A program made the translations under genes and the position numbers. A DNA stretch of 46,998 bases, counting the filler, from Streblomastix strix (lineage: Eukaryota): assembly GCA_008636045.1 (NCBI GenBank). It is 2 parts of 2 records of this genome, joined end to end, with 100 filler letters (N's around TTAATTAATTAA, not from the genome) between each part and the next. Parts side by side here need not be neighbours in the genome. Positions count along the whole stretch, not along the records: positions 23,563 to 46,998 come from SNRW01000284.1; 1 more part is not named here. One strand, written 5' to 3'. The notes under the pieces are model-generated. The model saw only the letters and a list, made by a program, of their open reading frames with translations. It searched no databases and had not been told where the DNA came from. This document shows, one piece after another, positions 39,607-46,998 of this stretch. How positions within the stretch are numbered: the first letter of the stretch is position 1; every line of letters starts with the position of its first letter.

Positions 39607-41836
39607 TGTAGAATTGGTCCACCTAAAATTAGTTGCATAATTTTATCCTATGAATTAGCTCACCGATCAAACTAAAAATAATTTTTAAATTTATTTCATT
39701 GGTGCAATTTACCTTTTCATTTATTTTTGTAAAAATAATATTAAGATATTTGCTGAATTAAATGATCAGAATTATGCTTATAATAAAAAAATTGATATAA
39801 ATATAAAAATAATTTCATTTCTGTTTTAAAAAATTGAATAATTTGAACAAAATCATTAAAATATTAAATATTTCTATATTTACTTGAATTATTTTTTAAA
39901 TTTATTAATATAATATTTATAAATTTTTATTATTAAAAAAATATTTAAACTATTAGTTGAATTATTGCAAGAGAGCCAAAAAGTCCTTATATTCGCATTT
40001 TCTATCTAATTGTACATAAATTTTAAAAATTTTAATTATTAAGAACTTTTATATCTGCAAATTTGAATAGTACCCTCAAAGACGAGAAATAGTCAAATAT
40101 AGATACAAATTAATGAATCTAAATTGTGAGAAATTTATGATGAAACTAATATAATTTAGATTTATAAGGAGAGACAAGAATTAATCTTTTATAAAATATA
40201 TTTAATAAAGAAGAACAGTAATTTATGAAGAAAGTTCAAACGATATTCGACAAGCGGTTGCTGTGACTAGAATCATCAAAAATATAGCAGTTAAATATAT
40301 ATTATAAAGTAACCATTAATAATATATATAGATTTATGATCAAAAGGGACATAAATTATTCGAACTAATCACTTTAAGATGCATATTGACGATGCTGAAC
40401 ATCTTTGTAATAAGAATATGAACGAAATTTTTTGAAAAAGATTTTCTGAACTTAATAGAATTTAATCTCATTTCAAATATCAGAACGAACCTATATATAG
40501 ATTTATTAAATAACTTTTATAATAATTATTGTTTTAAGCCTCATATAAGGCGCTCAGCCATTCACCTTCAAAAATTTCAAACTTGGACTTTTTCTAAGCT
40601 TCAGAAATAGTTCATACATATTTGAATCTCTGATTTGATATTTGAAAATTTTTGAACCTAGAGCATTGAATTTTATACTAAAATTGCAGATTTGTAAGCG
40701 AATTAATATTCTTAACCAATAACTAAGGTTTTACCACTTTATTCTATAATCAATATATCTAAATTTGAGTTGATTTTTTAAAAGAATTTTTTGATTTTAT
40801 TTAATTAGTTATTATTTGAATATAGCCCAAATTTTACTTTCATTAATATGTTTTTTTCCTTAATGCTATTTTTGTTTATTGCAGGAGTTTTGTTCAATTT
40901 TTATTGAATAAAATTTCTTACTTCTTCTTGAAGAAGTTCTATTAAATATCTCAAAAATCTAAAATACGTTTGAAAAATAAATGTATTTTGAAAGAATTTT
41001 TGATTTTTATGATTAAGAATTTATAAAATTTTTTTACTTTAATCACTTTCCGAACAATTTTTGTCTTTATTGATTGAGCACAACATTTTGGTTAATGATC
41101 AAATAAAAAATAATTGCGATCATTTTATGTTATTTGTTATAATAACTTTAAAAAAATTGTGGAATATCAAGATAAATTTATGCAAAGTATAAAAATAATT
41201 ATTAATTAGAATCATATCCTGGGAAAAATAAAAAAAATAAGAATTAATATTAAAAAAAAATAAAAACATTTAAAATTAATTTTTTTAAATATAACAATTT
41301 AAAAATTATTTTATATTTCATCAATATTTTCAAAAAGTTTCAACATTACTAATTAAACTGAATCTTTCATTTGATATAATATTAAAAATTCTCTAAATAT
41401 TATGTATCACATGCAGTAGATAATGCGAGCTGACCTGTTTATTTGGACATAAAGGCGATTAAGGGCCTAATCGTTTCAGAAATGTATAAAAGTGTTGTGT
41501 TATTAGTGATTTAACTGTCATTTTAAATAAATTGTGACTGAAAATAAATAATTGTATTGTCATTCTTGTTCTATCTTGTCGCAATTGTTTTTATTTGTAT
41601 CATCGTTGTAATTGAATTGCTTATTATCGCTGTTGTTGTTGTTGTTACTTGCGTCATCGTTGTTAATGTATTGTCTATCATTCTTATTGCCATTCGACGC
41701 GTTGAGGGGTCTCAATGGGGTTATAATTGCGTCCAGTTCAACAGCTTTTCTACAACATAATTATTAACTAGGTGGGAACGAATGTTAGTTCGTGATGGGA
41801 AACAGGTCAACTCGCATTATCTGCAGGATGTGATAC

Positions 41837-41891
41837 ATAACCCTCCCTACGGTCGGATTATGTCACAATCCTTTCGCTAATGCGAGCTTCC
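41837..41891 (+). repeat. Inverted terminal repeat (pairs with 46743-46797)
   Basis: ATAACCCTCCCTACGGTCGGATTATGTCACAATCCTTTCGCTAATGCGAGCTTCC matches the reverse complement of 46743-46797 with one mismatch. Confidence 0.95.
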
Positions 41892-42494
41892 AATTTATTT
41901 GGTCATTATATAAAGATAATGCATCTATAAATACATATATAACATTATTAATAAAATTAAAAGGTTGGAGAGCCAATGCCTCATTAAAAAACCTCTTCTT
42001 ATGGAGGAAAAAGAGTGCGTGGCTTTATTTATTTCGCTGGATTTATGTATGAATATTAAAATGTTATTCTCTTGAAAAATAACAATATTAGTATTCTCAT
42101 TTATATAGTTAATATATATTTACTTATTAATTATTATAATTTTTATATTTAGAAATTATTTTTTTGATTATTATATTAATTTTTTATATTTATATTTATT
42201 AATTTGTATTATTTATACTAATTTATTTTATATTATTTATAAGTTATTAAATTACTAATTTATATATTTATTATTATCTATTATTTTATTGATTCATTAT
42301 TATGATTAATTTATCATTTATTATTTATTATATTTGTATTAATTATATTGTTAATTTAAATTTATTATCTTTTATATCTGCATTTGTTATATCGTTATTT
42401 ATTTTATTATTTAATTCATATTTATTGATTATATTATATTTAATTTATTTACTATTTAATATATTATAATTTAGATATTATTTATAAAACCTTT

Positions 42495-43400
42495 CATTAA
42501 GACTAGGTTATTTACTTGCTTATTCTAGTACATTTCTTATTATGCCATTGTCGTTTTTATTATAATTTACTTTCATAGTTGCCGAAGCATCGCTATGCCC
42601 ACTCCATCGATTAATTTATATTTATTTCATATTCTTATCTATTGTTTCTGATATTGATGCCTTTCTTATTGATGTTATATTATATCCTTCAATTCCTGCC
42701 TCGACTAGCACTTGTTTGACTCCCTTACTACACTTATCTGCACTCCAAACCTTCTCATTCCTTCTATTTCTCAGAACCTCTTCTTTCATAAACTCTCTAT
42801 TCACCTCTCTCTTCTCCAACCAACTCCATATCCACCTGATTGGGCATATAGTTCTATCTTAAGCAGCCTTTAAGGTCTTATCCACTGGTCCTCGTGGTTT
42901 CTTCATGGTCATTGTGGCTATTATGATCTTTCCTTAGTTAATGTTCTCAATTCGCAGTTCTACCCTTTACACTTCTGCCATTCTAAGAACAGTGTAGACT
43001 ATGATAAATATAAGTGATATTTTCATTAACTAATCTGGGTTTAACTTTTTTTCATCTCTCAAAGTTGCTTACTTACATATATATTACATTAATTGACTAG
43101 GCTTCCAGTATCTTATCTCTTTTCTAACCTTTACTGCTCTATCGACATGTTCTTTCATCAATTACTCAATAACCTTATTTCTTATAGAGATCATTGGTTT
43201 GCCAATAAGTTCGAATAGTGTTGAAATGGAGTTTCTTGCTTATATTATACATGCATCTGATTCATATCGTTTGAGATATGTAGCGTAATTGACTATTGTA
43301 AGATATGATTGCTCCAATATTGATAGTTATAGAACTGTTAGATATTGTTAAGCCCAATACACTACAAATATTGTTAAAGAGCATGCGTGTCTCTTCCAAC
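42495..43400 (-). pseudogene. Tyrosine recombinase of the DIRS element (boundaries approximate)
   Basis: VYTVLRMAEV (Arg), TMKKPRG (Lys), ICPIRW, TSIRKASIS, WSGHSDASATMKVNY (His, Tyr). Confidence 0.85.
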
Positions 43401-45400
43401 TTCCGTGCCATCCATCTATTATTCCTTAAATTGATTATCCTATTAGTCCTGTATTTAATAAGCATTCTTTGAATAGTTGCTCTCCCTTCTCTCCCCGACT
43501 ACAAAGAAAGTCTCAATCTTCCCCGGAGGTAGTTTCTGTTTATTCCTCTTCATCCATGCTCCCTCCTTAAATACGCTTTAACAATCTCCCAGCTCCTTCC
43601 AGTGCACGGTAATTCGCATTAGGGCTGTCCACCACACATGCCCTTTCCATATTGGTGCTATTATTATACCTTTTACTTATTCCAACTCTACCTTATATAT
43701 GACAGCTGGAATCAATGAGATTGGACAATGTAGTAGTGGTATTTCGCATTCCCATGATTGCTCCATTCCGTTCCAATTTTTTGTTAAAGCGTCGCTTTCT
43801 ATTGAAAAGTATCTATGGTGTTTTGCATTTCTCCTTATTGCGAAGCAATCTATTGTAATTTGAATCTCCCATTCTTCAAGCACTTGCTGTTGCATTTATT
43901 TATCTATTGATTAGTCTCCCGAAACTACCAGCCTCGATAGCGAATCCGCTTCTGTGTTATTAATTCCGGGCATATGTCTAAACTTAACTTCCGATTGTTG
44001 CAAATCTATGTATAAAAGAATCTAGTCTATTAAACTTCTCCATGCAACTTTAGCTTTCCATTCGGTTAAATTGTAGCATGCTGTTGTATTGTCTGTCTTT
44101 ACCTTCAGGTAACGCAAATGGTTATGTAGCAATATTGGCTAAAAATAACTCATTGCTAGTAAAATTGCTGTTATTTTTTATCTGTTTGACTTTGGGATTT
44201 TCGTTTTCCATGGTTTAGATATTCTTTGTATGTCCTTTCCTGGTATTTGTAAAGTTGCTCCTCATCTCCCTAGAGACGCATCCGTTGTTATCGTTGCTTA
44301 AGTCTTATTTGTTTCTATATTTTTAGGTTTATTATTCTTGATTTGTGTTATCTACTACTCTACCTCTATCAGCGCTCTTCTCGATAGTTTGATCTGACTA
44401 TCCCATCTTGCTATCTTTGCTCTCTTGCTCATCTCTCGGTTCATGGATGTGATATGAAGTCCTACTCGTGTGTATTGAACTCTTATATATTGGATTTGTT
44501 CAATCAACCTTGCAACGCTTCTTACTGTTTGATATTACTACTGCTGTATCAATTGCGCTTATTTGATTAATGCTGCCATCTCCTATTTCCTCATCACCTT
44601 GGTTGTTTACAGCGTCATTGATTCTGTGTTCCAACTCCATCCCATGAATGTTGTTTATCTCTTAAGATCCAGCTTACTCTTATTCCGATTGATTATCTAA
44701 CCCATCTCCTCGAATATTGCGATAATTTGTATTATTTCATTTAATATTTGGAATTTATCAATATTAATCAATATTATGTCATCCGCATAATTCTATATTT
44801 GCGTCTCGCATCTCTCTCTCACTCTCACCACTGTTGGTTGTATCGTTTTCGCGAATGTGTATGGCACAATATTAATCCCAAATGGCATTCCCACTTATGT
44901 ATAGTTGGTTCATTGTATCCGGAACGCTAGGTATTGATGTAGTAATTAATTGAACCTTATGTGTTTGAAGGCAAACGTTATATCCAACGTGCACATCCAG
45001 TCCCATTTTCTCAGCATTTAGATCGAATTTCATATGTCTGTCATCTTAAATTGTTTAACTATAAGTTCTCTATTAAACGTCCTACAATGTAAGATACTTT
45101 TCCATTCTCCATTTGGTTTGAGCACAAGGTATGTTGAGTTCCATAACTTTATCTCCTGCGCCTGAATTACCCTTAATGTTCCCTCTAGTAGTTCCTTGTT
45201 GATAATCTGCATTAGTAATTGCATCTATTACTAGTTACCTTCGAACTCTATACTTATGTTGTTCCTCTAAAGTATTTGTTGACTTTATAGACTTCTCCAC
45301 GTTGGTGCGCATACAATTTCGATTAGTTTCCTTTTCCCGATTTAGTCCCACATTAGAATAAAATCTACCAATCGTGCTCCAATTTTCAGTTGGTTTTCTT
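43400..45400 (-). pseudogene. DIRS pol: reverse transcriptase, RNase H and Dam-like methyltransferase domain (boundaries approximate)
   Basis: IGARL..MWDQI, LDITFAFKHI, VGMPFG, YADD (about 44778-44789), TTDAS, KTDNTT, HMPGINNTEADSLSR, IDCFA..HCP..IIIAPIWKGHVWW. Stops and frameshifts are present. Confidence 0.9.
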
Positions 45401-46692
45401 TATTGGACCTTTATAATCCTCACCCCAACTCATCAATATCATTCTTCACTTTTTTTCTCCTCATCTTATTGGCACTACGATGTGGACGAGTCTTGCACAT
45501 CTTCCTCTTCAGTTCATGTGTTACGCGGAAACAATGGGAATGCATTCGCGCCCGTTTGAACATTGGTTTAGAAGCCACAACGTCCGCGACCGCGTCCTCC
45601 TCGCCGCATGCCTTGAAACTTTCTTTCTTTCCTTGGGAATCCACGAGGCTATTGATTGCAGTATTGTTATACTTGATTGTATGGATATGAAGCCGCCAGG
45701 TATGATATTGGGTTTGGGTTAAACAGCTGCAGTAAGAATTGAGTTCCTTATCACATCGCCATAGCTGCTGCAAGGTATTCTAGGTTCTTCTATTCAATAT
45801 ATCTCTTGATTCTCTCCATTATGTCCTCGGTTATTATATCAGAAGGCAGTACGTTGTTCCCCGCAACTACTTTAAACTGTTACGGTAGGTTGATTCCTAC
45901 TCTCAGTTATGTTACTACATTTGCCCCTATCGTGCTCAGTCTGAATATGTGTTTGCACTCATCTGCGTTCGGTTTTCCTTCCTATGATTTCACATTAGCT
46001 GTCAAAGCTGTTGATTACGATGCTGAAAGCGCTGTCATAACATCACCATATTACTCACCCTTCTCAATGTTGGTTTTCTCCAGTTGAATTTTGATTGGTA
46101 TTTCGTCTCTAGTCCACCTGTATTTCGTGGCCTCCTAATTGATCCCCTGTCTGTCCCTGCAGCTAAACTGCTTCTACTTGCTCATATCTACTCCCAGGTC
46201 CTCTCCGATTTGCTCCTGCATTGTTTTGATAGTCTTCTTCCTGAATCTTTTCCTTGAAGCGCTTTGAGTTTGTTATGACGAGCTCTCCGAGTTTGGCGTC
46301 TATTCGATGTCATCTGTGAGGTCAATTGAATTTGACTTCTACGATTTAGGCTCTAATTTAATTTTGGCATCCATGGCCATCTCTGCGACTTGTTGCGCGT
46401 GCTGCCTTTTCTCAGGCTTTGAAACCAGCGATTCCGAGGCCGCCAGCAAGTTCTTTCGAAAGTCCTCATCTAATAAGTTCTTGATTATGATTCTATACTT
46501 GCGTTTCGTGTCGCCACTTCTCAGGTCTAAGTCGTCCTCGCTAAATCCCGCTTGCAAAAGTTGCGCCTTTGTTTGCTCCGGATCTTGAAGTTCCGCACGT
46601 ATTCTCGCTAGTGTCAATATTTTTTCAGCTGTATCGTTGTGTGTCATGGGTTCCTTGTCTGGTCCTTGCTTGTCCGCCGTGCTTGACTGCAT
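45400..46692 (-). pseudogene. Gag-like ORF of the DIRS element (frameshifted)
   Basis: GC-richer coding frame starting MQSSTADKQG just inside the ITR, with an RG-rich tail near 45590, upstream of RT. Confidence 0.65.
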
Positions 46693-46742
46693 TTCAGAAA
46701 AAACGATCAGGCACTTAAGCGCATTTATGTCCAAATAAACAG

Positions 46743-46797
46743 GGAAGCTCGCATTAGCGAAAGGATTGTGACATAATCCGACCGTAGTGAGGGTTAT
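46743..46797 (-). repeat. Inverted terminal repeat (5' end of the DIRS element)
   Basis: Reverse complement of 41837-41891. Confidence 0.95.
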
Positions 46798-46998
46798 TTA
46801 GCAATAATATATTTTATTCATTTCCATTATATTATTTTACAACTTTAATTAAAATTAAATAAAAAAATAGGGTCACTGTAGATTATAGTACTTCTGGAAT
46901 TGCAGGTCCCACCTGATCTGGCTATCTAGCCAACCATTTTAGTTCATTGTTTGTGTGAATAAACTAGATAAAAATACAAGAGGGTACTTTTGTGGGAT

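Larger units (their letters stand above)
23563..39720. mobile_element. Endogenous Polinton-like/Maverick-type DNA virus, left end lost in the gap, partly decayed
   Basis: Dense intronless gene array: pPolB, A32-like ATPase, putative MCP and penton, HNH genes and fibre-like genes. Shared intergenic repeats; scattered frameshifts and TGA stops. Confidence 0.88.
41837..46797 (-). mobile_element. DIRS-type tyrosine-recombinase retrotransposon, decayed, with inverted terminal repeats
   Basis: Order gag, RT, RNase H, methyltransferase-like, YR on the minus strand, bounded by 55-bp inverted repeats. Confidence 0.9.

Noticed and set aside
39620..39720. Terminal inverted repeat of the virus
   Set aside because: It matches internal repeat copies, and the left end is missing, so a true TIR or target-site duplication cannot be shown.
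39960..41000. Possible degraded host ORFs between the virus and the retrotransposon
   Set aside because: Only short coding-like patches with multiple stops and no recognisable motif.
41560..41760. Asn/Asp-rich minus-strand reading frame outside the ITR
   Set aside because: Low complexity, with no start or domain identified. It may be a fragment of another element.
44600..45300. Reverse transcriptase as part of a diversity-generating retroelement targeting the fibre genes
   Set aside because: The RT sits in a DIRS gag-RT-RH-MT-YR layout, and no template/variable repeat pair with adenine-specific mismatches was seen.

Overview
AT-rich eukaryotic DNA in which TAA and TAG encode Gln and only TGA is stop, so the supplied standard-code ORF track misses most real genes. 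The code, the short GT-AG introns and the gene families suggest an oxymonad such as Streblomastix (inference). An artificial 100-nt N/TTAATTAATTAA linker at 23463-23562 joins two pieces that may not be neighbours. The left piece holds host genes: an mRNA guanylyltransferase, a TRIP4/RQT4-like zinc-finger gene, a ~12.6-kb Rad5/HLTF-like SNF2-RING helicase, an SH3+ARM-like gene and a partial poly-Q gene. It also has a 3414-bp tandem duplication with a template-switch junction. The right piece holds a ~16-kb partly decayed endogenous Polinton-like virus written in the host code. It carries a protein-primed PolB, an A32-type ATPase, putative major and minor capsid proteins, three HNH genes, two modular phage-tail-fibre-like genes and an adenovirus pVI-like peptide. 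Its intergenic regions share a dispersed bipartite repeat, and its genes start at (T)AAATG. A decayed DIRS-type tyrosine-recombinase retrotransposon with 55-bp inverted terminal repeats follows. All translations were done by eye, so exon and frameshift boundaries are approximate.
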